Translations under genes and position numbers: made by a program | Notes under the pieces: generated by a model | Databases searched by the model: none | What the model saw: only the letters and a program-made list of their open reading frames with translations | Told to the model about the DNA's origin: nothing | Assembly: GCA_001643675.2 (NCBI GenBank) | Contig: LSRY02000023.1 | Span: 1 to 64,000 of the forward strand | Length of the DNA: 64,000 nt | DNA from: Monocercomonoides exilis PA203 | Taxonomy: Eukaryota; Protista; Preaxostyla | Direction of reading: 5' to 3' | Shown here: positions 54,801-62,057 of the stretch, one piece after another | How the letters are laid out: the number at the start of each line of letters is the position of its first letter | Position numbering within the stretch: position 1 is the stretch's first letter

Positions 54801-57800
54801 CTTTTTCTTCGTTATCCAATGTTTTCATTTCGCACTCTTTTGCACCACAAAGATATTTTGAGTGCTAATCTGTTTAATTCCAACACTTCTGAAAGAAACT
54901 TGATGTTTGATACGGCTATGTGTAATGCAGCAACACGCTTCATATCCAATCGTGCTTATTCTTTCATTTCAGCTTGGCTCACCCTCATACGCATGACACC
55001 AAACCTTTCTTCCACTTCAGTAAAGTCAGTCACGAACTCACATCCTGCAAGTTTCTGGTATTCCATTTCACTTTCATTCTTCTCCTCTTTCCTCATGCGC
55101 TGCATAAACAACTTCAACAGTCCATTTTCTTCATTGGATAGCAGGAATGCGCTTCAGTTACCTCGTTCATCTGCTCTTCTGCTTGTGGCTGCTGAGGCCT
55201 GGCAAAGCTGCACCGCATTGACTCAAAACATGTTGGCTGTCCAAAAGCAGCACGCATCACTTGGCCATTTCTACCTCAAATGGACAGAACATCTTCTCTC
55301 CTCTTCTCTTTCGTCTGCTCAATCTGACACTTCGCTCTTGTCAATCGTGCATCCGACTCCATTTGAACCAATCCTGCCTTCGTCTCCTTCCATCTCCTTT
55401 ACTCTTGCTGAAAAGGAGTTGAAAAAAGGAAAAAGGTTTCTGGATCTTATTGAAATGGAGAGACGGATGCTCGTTGACGATTTCATTCCTGTTATGCAAA
55501 AAGACAAAGCTTCAACCGCAAACGTGTTAAGGTCTTTAAACACTCTCCGCACTTTTCTATCAGAAAACAGGAAAAAGACTCAAACCAATGATAGTATATA
55601 CTTCCTTTTGGGTGTTGCTTCTTCTGACTCGGCAATATCTGGTGTTTGGCGTGCTGTTTTTTCGCTTCCTTCAAAGCTGTCTTCGGCGATGCGTTCTCTT
55701 CCTTTGTCTCCATCAACCGAAGAACATTCACCATTGGCTGTTTCGTATCTCCAGGCAGTCGCATTTATCACTGAAGCCTGCCCAGAGCTCGTTCCTTTGC
55801 CAGCAATTCCGTCTCTTTTGTGCTTGATGAGTCCAAGGCAGATGTCCACGTTCAACCTTCTTTCATTGTTTTCACTTAGCCATCGGTCTCACCCGCTATA
55901 TGGCCTAATCATCCCGCTTGTTCCACTTGATGCTCTTCAGCTCTCTCAGCTGGATGAAATGATATCATCTTCTCGCAGACAGAACATCTTAACAGCCGAT
56001 CTTGCTACTCTTGAAAAAGAAACTGATTCGACATTCATTGCTTCTTCATGTTACTCCGCAAAAAAAATGATACATCATCTTTCATTTCCTTTCAACGAGT
56101 CAAACTCTTTATCATCGCCTCATCCTTCACCATTGCAATCAATGATTCCTTCTCCATTCTCTTCAGCTGCTTCTCTTCCTCCTGCTTCTCTTCAATCATC
56201 AAGACATTCCTTTGCTTTGGATGCTCAACAAACTTCCAGCAAGAACAAGAGCTCGATCCTTCTCACAAAGCGTCGTCACTCTCTCAGCGACTCTGAATTC
56301 GTGAATCAAAAGTCGCGACTTGTTGTCAAAGACACATTCAAAACAGCTCTTTTGGAATTTACTTCTGCAAAAAACAACACAAAGCACAACAGACGGAGCT
56401 CGTGGGCGCTTGGCCAAGATGCTCATGAAAATGCTACACTCGCAGATCAAATTGCAACATTAACAGCAAACGAAGGAAAAGAGATTGGAAGAAAACAAAG
56501 TCACAGTAAAAGCAAACGAAGATATGCAACAACCGGAACAAAGAGCAAGAAATTCAGAAAGCAAAAGGCGCTCAAACTAATTGACAACATTCTCGGAGAA
56601 GAGCCTGCAAATGGCAATATGATGAAGGGAAGTGGAAGATTTATAATCGACGAAGATGAACTGAAGGACACAGAAAACAAAGAAGAAAACGTTGCAAATG
56701 ACAATAGTTCCAAAGAAAATAAAGATAAAAAAATAGAATTTGGATTACTGAAACAAGAAGGCAAGGAAACAACAGTATTTGAAGAAAACAAAGATCATAG
56801 AGCAAAAGCCCTTCAAAGATATCATTCATTGAAAGTACAGATACCCGCGCAACCAGAACAAGAGGTCACAAGAACACAATCAATATCTGTGGAAGTATCG
56901 CCATCGCCATTGGCATCAGCGGCAAACAATAGTTTTAATGGAACTGGTGGAAATCACAGACAGGATGAGATTCAACCGTCTTCATGTTTTACTCATCAGC
57001 GAGAATCTAATTCAATGGGATGTGGAAACTCTCTTCCAGAGATATCTTATTTCCGCCTTCCAACACTTCAAGAGATGCAAGAGATGGTAAAGTCAATTGA
57101 AGAACTGTTCCACGTGCGCATCTCCTTTGAGGTTGATGGAAAGGAACAGACTTCTGACTCTTCTTCTTCTCTTCAATCGCTTGCTGATGTTTGCGGAAAT
57201 CAACATTCCAGAAATATTAGAGATCCAACTTTGTTATGTGAAAACGAAGAAAATAATAAAGGGTTGCCTTCTGCACCGTTAACCTGTGATACACCAAGCG
57301 CTGTTGTTGAACCAGTAAAGAGTCTAACAAAGACCAAGAGCTCAAAATCAACATCATCTGAAACTTCTCAAACAATAAAAACTGAATTGCTTGGCAATGA
57401 GCTTTTAGCTCAATCCTCTCAGCAGATCATGCACGATCTATTTGACACAAACAATTCATCACCTCAAATTTCGTCTTCGTCTTCATTTCAACAATTGCAA
57501 ATAAGCATTCCTTCGACGAGAGGGCAAAACGTTCAAACAACTACTGATGGAGCAGCTGCTACTTCTCAGATCAGTTTTTCGCAGGATGAAAAAAGTACAG
57601 CTGCTGCGTCATCGCTTCAGCTGAGCCTTTCTCCTCCAAGCTTTTCAAATAGTCTCACAATACCATCACTTGAAGGCTTTACACAAGATGAATCGCAGCA
57701 ATCATTAAGCCAAGTATTTGACGAAGATCCAAACCAGAAAGTCTTAAGTCCAGTCCGCCATTGCACTTGGAGTATTCCTCTTTCATCCCCAACCACAAAA

Positions 57801-58901
57801 CACCATGTTGCTCAGTCAGTTCCACAGACACCAACTGCTTCATCGCTCGATATTAGCAATCGTGAAGCACAGTTTTCTAGCTCCTCAACTCATCGACTGA
57901 TCCGTCCGCATTCGTATGTTGAGTCGCCAAAGCAACCGTCACAGCCATTTCACAGCATTTTTGAAAGCGAATCGCTGTATGCTACGCAATCACAGCTTTC
58001 GCTCCCAAAAACACTTCTACCAAAAGCATCTGCATCACATTTATTTGATTCAAATTATTCTGGATACAATTTGCTTGGGCTCAATCCTGCTAATTATTTT
58101 CCATCTTTTTCTTCATCTTCGTTTGCCTCTTCAGGGAGAACTCGTTCAAACTCACAATTACATTCACTGCTGAATCCTTCCTTATTCCACTCTTGTTCTG
58201 TTGCGCGTATTGAATACCTGCGACCCGAGCAGCCAGTCTCCTTTGATCAGCAGCCTTTGGTTGCACTCGACATTCCACCTCCAAGTCCAGAGTCAACACA
58301 CTCTCCTCTGACATTCTCGACTTCTGAGAGCGTCAGGCATGCACAGTCTCGAAGCGTGTCTACTCCTTCTTCTCTTTCATCGCGCCTAACTTCGACCACT
58401 TCACAATCAAAAACCCAACAAACGACAACGATTACATCAGGAACCGATCACTTTCATTCATTGTTTGTTGCAAATCGTAGTAACAAAGAGAAGCTTACAA
58501 TGGAAACAATTGCTGGTTGGGTTTCTTCCACACTCTCGATCTGTGATACAAGATCATCTTTATTTGAATTACTTGCCAAACAGCAAACAGATGTGAATAC
58601 AGTCCCTGCAGTAAATGTTTCGTACAAAGATAATATTGATGAAAAGGTAATAACTAATTTGGATTCAAAGCACATTTTTTCTTCTCCACGACGGATATCA
58701 TATATTTCTTTGCATTCTCAACCAACCTTTTTGCAAAATATTTGTTCTTTCCCTGATTCAAGCTCTCAACACTGTGAAAGGTCAATCTCCAACAATGAAA
58801 AGCAAGTATTTCCATTAATAATCAAAACTATTAGCTCTTTTCCCTCATCGAAACAGTTTTCTGAAATTACTCATTTTTTCTTTCTGGAATCTGATAATTG
58901 A
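42819..58901 (+). CDS. Giant 5360-aa Ser-rich protein; N-terminus resembles the DOCK-family helical region
   Basis: 16 kb uninterrupted frame; helical segments separated by low-complexity S/P/E tracts; DOCK similarity is judged by eye only. Confidence 0.85.
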   Translation: MTFLSDSDLLLSFFKAESTSKAITDLEIFSKLPSNIIIRWIEPILHILFTLIEHISENIPTCESCIRIICILLDNTDESGFKLIESRVFTSYLEEKFSFQNVGLKLLKYLKSIITVHSEDTDPLQGVNLFRLLPTFFKLCVSSHFLLTLTQNENNKTSLTQILDSLSSSLSSFFTQNVQCGEQNLENNDFLTTVSNFDPFPFVPRWVVQELQNTHPSALKGVIESKDSISESNKAFTCDENSALKEQRKTATVRFNMEGNTQHSPYLRTSSNNVKHKASQLYAQDGYLTDDVNQLYLQSRYSQDQFLMDTPRSMEDESEQKRGGRKHRSAQLQFEPIPKRDGEGKRQFGLRAMEDEYDEEEGGEMQLEEAEKESEFDTGIEGNAEEEEEEIDGIQLRQSEYKAANRSIERKEEYEEESNEMAPVPLNQSSYENVHSEEYSSAFPFGASSQPSHLMTEQNYHCNDVHFIQTQGKNEQSSGFSLHSSPFQLDSQHNNSTPASYSSLFQSPFSAHNFIPPFLPRFSPIVRTQSDSSSFPSFTQSSFITNQTLTLTRTPSASASASASASASSSSEGAQHKRHSSFLSISDSVLQSPSEQPASTDCEYIPDDNTGFSLFDPIECEEGSDASEDVQLLCSDGQTANKMKLQAVRWMQLLGLDEEELVEIGLSDGSSRKTQKKQLNDKDRSNQTDKLNQTSLSPKVSAACECSDANNTEKMPNEAKTEEKKISSPQSTHLSSASQIPPSLPPQTSASNTPSLASASLASLQASLLQAPNTSSSTSFSFSSSVPSSRPISPSQTPTSSTSLASVPSRFTISPLFANSIRTPTPSQLTPLSRASHSTHAQFHPPEPADNTMPFGALLLGEGKSSSKDDETEKNQRRLQMQLMSEIRATKKKENREKEKEKEKGDVHSKNAVSFSGRNSVQLETKSLHVSPHREGERLTPALLQLTDKLDFGGKEEVTRATTETDVEIEGEGEEGECEEEGSEERRGRGREGERGEDASIEMDIDTQSLDDEADALAENRIPLLSEAEKEQLLFYAPILGDETPLFQINSDATVFSSALLSFRANEWLDEAIFGIKKRIRQTEKKLEQIEEENKMFVSDENGIIAEKEGEVDAAADDENDENKKSYQTKQKHKFFPSQPSIPSDAPSSFMAEYLHSLISTLHSSLHRLSSFRNQLKSTDANSVSLSSLLSLLPPNVIRLIQPELSFVSETKALFSSLTTWLLSAARSVERRVELLLPETSAINSSSSSTKSRKNRNSNRWSVSPLLFAVISPTSSLSLPSQSVCSDTASHQPPHSLTSSPTPPLSMAPYSPCPPASPAPMPHSAATAISAPHTPFAPLFTSHNQISSANPEPLPPEFFSPFPETVPSIAPSLSSLSSSSSSSSSSASASASSSPPSSVAASASTPLLSPFSPNATISSAQPSQVPPPSSHSISPSLLKAQSQHSSHQRSFSSDCSLNMHHPTHFNSSCHSRSSSFQCNASSFLLHTLSPFSRLVMFHPQNAMQPSSSSSASSSSSSSDIPSSDVDWYTSFPPFPPFSLSPLNALCFSSDILSLLHSFFSFAQSILSFQQNLLDALLNMASPSVAASVLSQHIARCATALAELPLTGPVLFVLIRLFLFSRRRLESDGNQKEGGEDEEAEEEADEEEGNVNAEDQNSYLAGDPHSSAFVDGAMLHQQSEADAAKSAAASKRVQMCPPSPSVASEYSSTSASDGEATSDFSYAPFSSSVSYLPSSSPSLAQQNSDGQSYRLKSDGSLDVSPQPPLVVSLSCLPATVDMLTDLCLKLTSSYSPPRLVPYSQGDSQSAPRYRLETEVKQPTASPSPIHFSSAGSSAAASALAAAASSLSSELRLRTPSKLNQSQSLSTAAHSTMGEEELPQNRLKKAHSTFLGCGVFLLNTLRWIHSLLRKHQKRSAEGRMKEKEEEEEAEENEYAERHQMRAGMNEWEVPSENEERGKFSSHTDASDEEDQMNADQNEEVAFSSSTVTGKTASEALFAAVRHFLSRLDDFKNLTLFFFHSFPLAFTAEFQKSITRSYSSAVSNTPGLNQDSSDSASSSSSGTIQPSVRYLSSSDFDVTHLFPFSASLLSDPSSSSSSSSSPFQPPLLSSAAGFMSPSLSFLPPLQCGSQTKQNPPAAAEVISQLEVLRVGEKYFVDQNQIELREICELFSQIVVNCLSLSFTLNNKTDKNHKALLPCDASTPTETPFVSASSSAVSSTSAFAPSTVQRPISKRAPSVVYSLNSTSSYSPSAEHPFQQEFASQLPSSAVTPDSSILHFASAAEQESSRMFDGRNNASGDNQVSSYFEEGGKEEEAEVEEEGLLLEELSHHKRGFLSLYSHTASFGADVDCQLLLEPVDFTLCFGIAILSHTRKIYQSVAFNTQLSANLHSAALQQNQNMMRGNPNSDVYLSQQDVASLKATYPSHISGNPSDSPPRQRSPRTEREKDRERDTSSQGNCFGSTTSSFASSPPSTTPRTVTSSPEDTPSQLNSPGSRLSSPLSPSRASVSTSFNIDTQPQNSSSTALFDNPFQTDTKGSLHKQTSALSDENVPEKSTDSFYIPLIEKRVLRKSFALLNCFAKFMSLLPSHLRQQAEECTEKEEIHIESNEAENENYKAEKEMENDNNSEEQEEEKQRNAIISKWIPKESANAFHEHYFTIKSSHFLQSLSSLSSIYGEITPLCGLNTAEKDELLKPFRPGCNEASQKNEQMNERSSMQLANQQFPVISAEFESSEGENGRNVNVEKKLEEQQHNSTNAEKELSRIKELLQSNKNTSSKKEMYSIAGGTVHVFYDSLAERVMLMLFTIVPHAMELAVVLEKEEGRQAVEEQQRIQRSYDEMWSRHNAMGEGEGERIEQTDSRGAKRKDRRSIESASEFDEQEANGRERRMTKDSSLDSDLGDNNEWRTIRDENDFDEFILGEQGNSNRQFGANDERDDSNRGTFTDDGNAFQSAFHSPGSSTISQEQMHQQDISSASSLSSSSDLLDSFENAAAGSSSRPAIFDDVFGSQNDAAMSQQWTTDGSSSASQPSAAFRNHATPSHSGSNGKTQVLTPTSMSQPFFTPAEPSLDGSSENQSFKQHQESSYSVDGSDVLTATSPAVLRSIKTSTAVDQNYSSSDSVELSMRESRKLGRSHSESDISSIHVNVDEVLGTSNTPRSRSAKDTNALPVTSVDSESLTTNQQQSPSLSSSASLPDFSRPATTATQKPIHRRSASDTCTTHSASSKLQEKHTADMQESGASYSDSSYVNKQSVANRNEAWSSYSSEKRRATRAHQTSSEKLVVLNSTQLTLSLCAMVQRIGRLAIQRITPQQYLHSILEHTRPNYITTFFDTILSMGGIPSEAANNTAATLLSFVSVSMIGSIFCAVIVAPLLSQCSGECQFGSPEESKNYSQTPYLGESDLNSKIEQNPPQIKQSLDVFGNPQHLININSSFNQSPGKNQFHPESDSLIQMHYAQSPDPNKYVKSTKTSELFLSHPLCDSYCLPFTYLEHEKELEEMLGRWSETLVFAYFIYFQMFLGNNIWRMEQIRSLKDATLQEEEEQTTRRSTSRTGERKSGSRNDCSNIQTYVDDQKDQSTMCMAWDMSRLLVTIERSCTLIVQSLQLCDLRAESESECILMQQAKQLLTDEPTIKTQDEAACTEQNKFQGDYMNDPPFKPSSQFASECTTHCSTPPLHFKDSSAIPRELNSIYSSEYQVQQKRQNKIHIFRSDPFPNDVMDSAAQYLPNSCLSIQSSLCFIASLFLKQSESPNNHQQSMAQAGSDSYPQQQLLDNQQSGNHTTSGALSFDSSTTTEGYRIQPSDDPSNCYEPEDDVAPSASRKSWSPSRLVPSDYFPSLLSNQPTNSAHSSVSSTPLLSSSRLHKASDGFGNVPSNQNVTKQNTPLLSQFDINSLFTHTPHNSLHRDSFFSIASTLSSSSKIPQYPPPIPSFASESSYSDHPIDRFPTPSNAFSALQPILASEFNSLSQKKPTNQQQSKILPPFFCSSSLVSFLLRNKKAFFSLFLRYPMFSFRTLLHHKDILSANLFNSNTSERNLMFDTAMCNAATRFISNRAYSFISAWLTLIRMTPNLSSTSVKSVTNSHPASFWYSISLSFFSSFLMRCINNFNSPFSSLDSRNALQLPRSSALLLVAAEAWQSCTALTQNMLAVQKQHASLGHFYLKWTEHLLSSSLSSAQSDTSLLSIVHPTPFEPILPSSPSISFTLAEKELKKGKRFLDLIEMERRMLVDDFIPVMQKDKASTANVLRSLNTLRTFLSENRKKTQTNDSIYFLLGVASSDSAISGVWRAVFSLPSKLSSAMRSLPLSPSTEEHSPLAVSYLQAVAFITEACPELVPLPAIPSLLCLMSPRQMSTFNLLSLFSLSHRSHPLYGLIIPLVPLDALQLSQLDEMISSSRRQNILTADLATLEKETDSTFIASSCYSAKKMIHHLSFPFNESNSLSSPHPSPLQSMIPSPFSSAASLPPASLQSSRHSFALDAQQTSSKNKSSILLTKRRHSLSDSEFVNQKSRLVVKDTFKTALLEFTSAKNNTKHNRRSSWALGQDAHENATLADQIATLTANEGKEIGRKQSHSKSKRRYATTGTKSKKFRKQKALKLIDNILGEEPANGNMMKGSGRFIIDEDELKDTENKEENVANDNSSKENKDKKIEFGLLKQEGKETTVFEENKDHRAKALQRYHSLKVQIPAQPEQEVTRTQSISVEVSPSPLASAANNSFNGTGGNHRQDEIQPSSCFTHQRESNSMGCGNSLPEISYFRLPTLQEMQEMVKSIEELFHVRISFEVDGKEQTSDSSSSLQSLADVCGNQHSRNIRDPTLLCENEENNKGLPSAPLTCDTPSAVVEPVKSLTKTKSSKSTSSETSQTIKTELLGNELLAQSSQQIMHDLFDTNNSSPQISSSSSFQQLQISIPSTRGQNVQTTTDGAAATSQISFSQDEKSTAAASSLQLSLSPPSFSNSLTIPSLEGFTQDESQQSLSQVFDEDPNQKVLSPVRHCTWSIPLSSPTTKHHVAQSVPQTPTASSLDISNREAQFSSSSTHRLIRPHSYVESPKQPSQPFHSIFESESLYATQSQLSLPKTLLPKASASHLFDSNYSGYNLLGLNPANYFPSFSSSSFASSGRTRSNSQLHSLLNPSLFHSCSVARIEYLRPEQPVSFDQQPLVALDIPPPSPESTHSPLTFSTSESVRHAQSRSVSTPSSLSSRLTSTTSQSKTQQTTTITSGTDHFHSLFVANRSNKEKLTMETIAGWVSSTLSICDTRSSLFELLAKQQTDVNTVPAVNVSYKDNIDEKVITNLDSKHIFSSPRRISYISLHSQPTFLQNICSFPDSSSQHCERSISNNEKQVFPLIIKTISSFPSSKQFSEITHFFFLESDN

Positions 58902-59399
58902 ATTGAAACTTTTTTTTTGAAAAAAAATACGCCGAACGACTAACATAAGCTGGATAACAACAGCAACCAACATCAAGTTTTAAACAATCATAATTGCGAT
59001 TTTTTTGATTATATATTCAGTTTTGTTCCTGCATATCTCAAGTAAAAGGTTTTGAAAAATAACTTTCCAATTGAGACGTGTAAAATAAAAATTATCATAT
59101 GTACTTTTTTTGTTTGAAGCTGCCAATCAACAAAAAGTCCCTGATGAATTTTAGCACATATACAACACTTTTTTGGCAAATGGGGATCAGACGGACGGTT
59201 AAAAAAATGAATTAAAAATTTTGTTATGAAGCATTTAACTGCAACCAACTTCTGATATTTCATGTTTGAAACAATGTTGTATCAAATAATGATGTGAAAA
59301 ACGAAAAATAAAAAATTGAAGAAAAATAATAATTTGTGGGATCAAATTTTTTATCCTCTTGATATTCTGATGCTGATTCTCCATCTCCTGCCCCAAACT

Positions 59400-60300
59400 C
59401 ATCTTCATCTGGATCTTCATCTGTTTTTTCAGCCTCTGGAATTGAATACAATATTTTTTTGATGAATGATTTAGATTTCAAAAAAATTTTTTTATTTTTT
59501 TATTTTTATTTTAATTTTTATTTTTTGGTGTTATGAAACATTAACTCAGCAAGGCGATAGTCAAAATATTTATCTCTCACTCCAGATTTTGGAAAAAAAT
59601 TCTGAAATCTCGACCATAAGCTCTCTATATTGTTTGGCAAACTTTTGTGATAGGATCAACAAAGTGAAAGTTATGACATTCATTTTGATGAATATAGTTA
59701 TTGTCCCACAAACACTTTTGGACTGGCCATTCGTCCGAATAGATTGTTGTTTTCGGTTTGATATCTGATAGGATTAACGGTAATAATGTTCTTTTATTTC
59801 TTTTTTCGACTCCAATAATGAAAATCTGCTCTCTCTTTCTTTATCAGCCCTTTCAATTCCTCCAATTAACCAAATTTGAGGCTTCCTCCTTCCTTTGTGA
59901 TATTTCCTTCTTCTCAGCAGGGCTTCATCGAATTCAACAATTCTCCCCTCCCTTCCAATCGCTTCAAAATCTTCAAAAAAGAACTTGTTAGAAGATGATC
60001 TGCAGTGAAAATACCAAAATGAAACTGTTATTCCATCAAGATTCTACAATAAACATGTCTGTGAGATATTATTTATTTGACAGTTTTACAGAAGAATATG
60101 CAATAATTTGTTTAGAGGAATTTTTAATGTTGAAAAAAAAGTGTTGTGATATATCCTTTCAGATTTGCTTCAATTCGATCGTCAGAACTGTCTTCTTGTT
60201 TCAGATCTTTAATAAACACACTTTTTCGAGCCACAATTTGGACAGTTTTCTTCATTCGTGTTAAGCACCTTGTTGATGATCCAGTCGAATGAACATTCGT
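59400..60300 (-). mobile_element. Merlin / IS1595 (ISXO2-like) DDE transposase remnant, frameshifted
   Basis: Manual translation: YHNTFFSTLKIPLNKLL; TVSFWYFHCR; IGREGRIVEFDEALLRRRKYHKGRRKPQIWLIGGIER; (frameshift) RNKRTLLPLILSDIKPKTTIYSDEW..YIHQNECHNFHFVDPITKV; (frameshift) NNIESLWSRF. These are the ordered D-D-E motifs of the family; limits approximate. Confidence 0.9.
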
Positions 60301-61096
60301 TGCATGAAAATATTATGTTCAATACATTTTCTCTTGTTTTGAACAGTCTATGCTCTTCAACATCACTCTATAAATCGATTTCAAATAAGTTTTAATATTT
60401 GATTTGATATTAACACTTATTGAATTAATGAATATTTGTACATAAATAATATTTATTATTAATGGGTTCATGAAAATTTCAGAATATTCAACATACGCAC
60501 TTTTTAAATATTAACTCAGAAATATGAAAGTATTTCATATCTATATGACACGCAATGAATGAAAAAAGATAAAAATTTGTTGATTTATTCTGGTCGTATG
60601 ATACTCATTTGCCACTTTTTTGACAAGTTTTATTAGATATTTTTAAACATCAGCATCACCTTTGAAATAATGAGCTCACATCTGAAAGTGCCAGACACTT
60701 TTTTTACGTGTGAGAGACAAATGATTATGTAACTTGTCATGTCACAGAGGTATATTCAATAATGTTGTGTGAGCACAATTTTGAATGATAAAAATACTCA
60801 TTTTATCTTCGAACAATGATATATGGGGGAAAATTTGGACTTTCAAGCATTTTTTGCACAAGGGATTGAAAAATGACTTCGCTCATAACATTTTTTTTTC
60901 TTTCTCAGATTTCAAGAAAAATTTGATTTTCATATCTGTAAACAGGCATTATTGAAATCAAAACATTAAATTTTCCAATAATTCACGAATAACAAAAAAT
61001 TGAACCATTTTTTTTTTTATGTTTTTTGATCTCAAAAAGTCAATGAAAAGTGTTAAATTTTTCAATGAAAATGCTTGAAGTGAAATATTTTGCACC

Positions 61097-61502
61097 ATAT
61101 AGTTAGAGTTAATAATGTTGGACACTTTCAATTACTGTGGACAGTGGAATTATCTCAACAACCGTTGAAAGTTGCTTTTTGAAAATTAACCCAATAATTC
61201 TCCCAATGAATACAAACTTACAAGTCAAACAGAAATGAAACAACTTTCTCTGTTGGGGAAAAAAAACATATTTAATTTTCGGAGAAACTCGGAGAAATAA
61301 GATTATGCAAGTTTCTCCGAAAATTAAATATGTTTTTTTTCCCCAACAGAGAAAGTTGTTTCATTTCTGTTTGACTTGTAAGTTTGTATTCATTGGGAGA
61401 ATTATTGGGTTAATTTTCAAAAAGCAACTTTCAACGGTTGTTGAGATAATTCCACTGTCCACAGTAATTGAAAGTGTCCAACATTATTAACTCTAACTAT
61501 AT
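61097..61502. repeat. Perfect palindrome, 193-bp arms with 20-bp spacer (MITE/foldback-like)
   Basis: 61097-61289 is the reverse complement of 61310-61502. Confidence 0.93.
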
Positions 61503-61534
61503 CATTAAAAATGCAAGCAATTTTTACGGTTCTT

Positions 61535-61866
61535 TCCCAATAGGTGGACATAACTCTTAATAAACATATTTTTCTGTGAAAATCATAAAAATTATAAATC
61601 AAAAATTTGTTAACAAACTGCTTAACAAATTGTTAATAGCTCTTATAATCACTTTGTTAAGTATTTTTTGATGCTTTTCAATTTTGTGATCTATAAAATG
61701 AAAATATCTTAGGGTTTGAGTTGATAAAAGTGCAACTGAAGAACAAGAATATTTGTTCATGTTTGCATAAAGCTGTTTCATTAGGTTTATTTGGGTCTTT
61801 AGGGTTTTTATTAAGAATATAATAACCTGAAAAATAACTATTTAGGGTTATGTCCACCTCTTGGGA
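61535..61866. mobile_element. ~330-bp MITE-like element with imperfect terminal inverted repeats
   Basis: TCCCAATAGGTGGACATAACTC at left vs GGGTTATGTCCACCTCTTGGGA at right (20/22 complementary), weaker pairing further in; no clean TSD. Confidence 0.55.
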
Positions 61867-62057
61867 TTGTTCTATTTTTTAGAACAAGAACGCAGATAAC
61901 CAGTTCCACTTTCATTTTTCGACTATTATCATATTTTTCTCGTGATTTTCTATTCATCATATTTTATATTTAAAATATCTTTAAACATTCAAAACTCAAT
62001 ACCAACATAAATGAGATTTGATCAATGTCATAAAATAAAAAATTCGAGTTGATAAGC

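Noticed and set aside
36675-58675. Numerous overlapping and antisense ORFs within the phosphatase and the giant gene
   Set aside because: Shadow frames of low-complexity Ser/Glu codon runs
59180-59210. GGGGATCAGACGGACGG as a candidate Merlin TIR
   Set aside because: No reverse-complement partner found on the other side of the transposase
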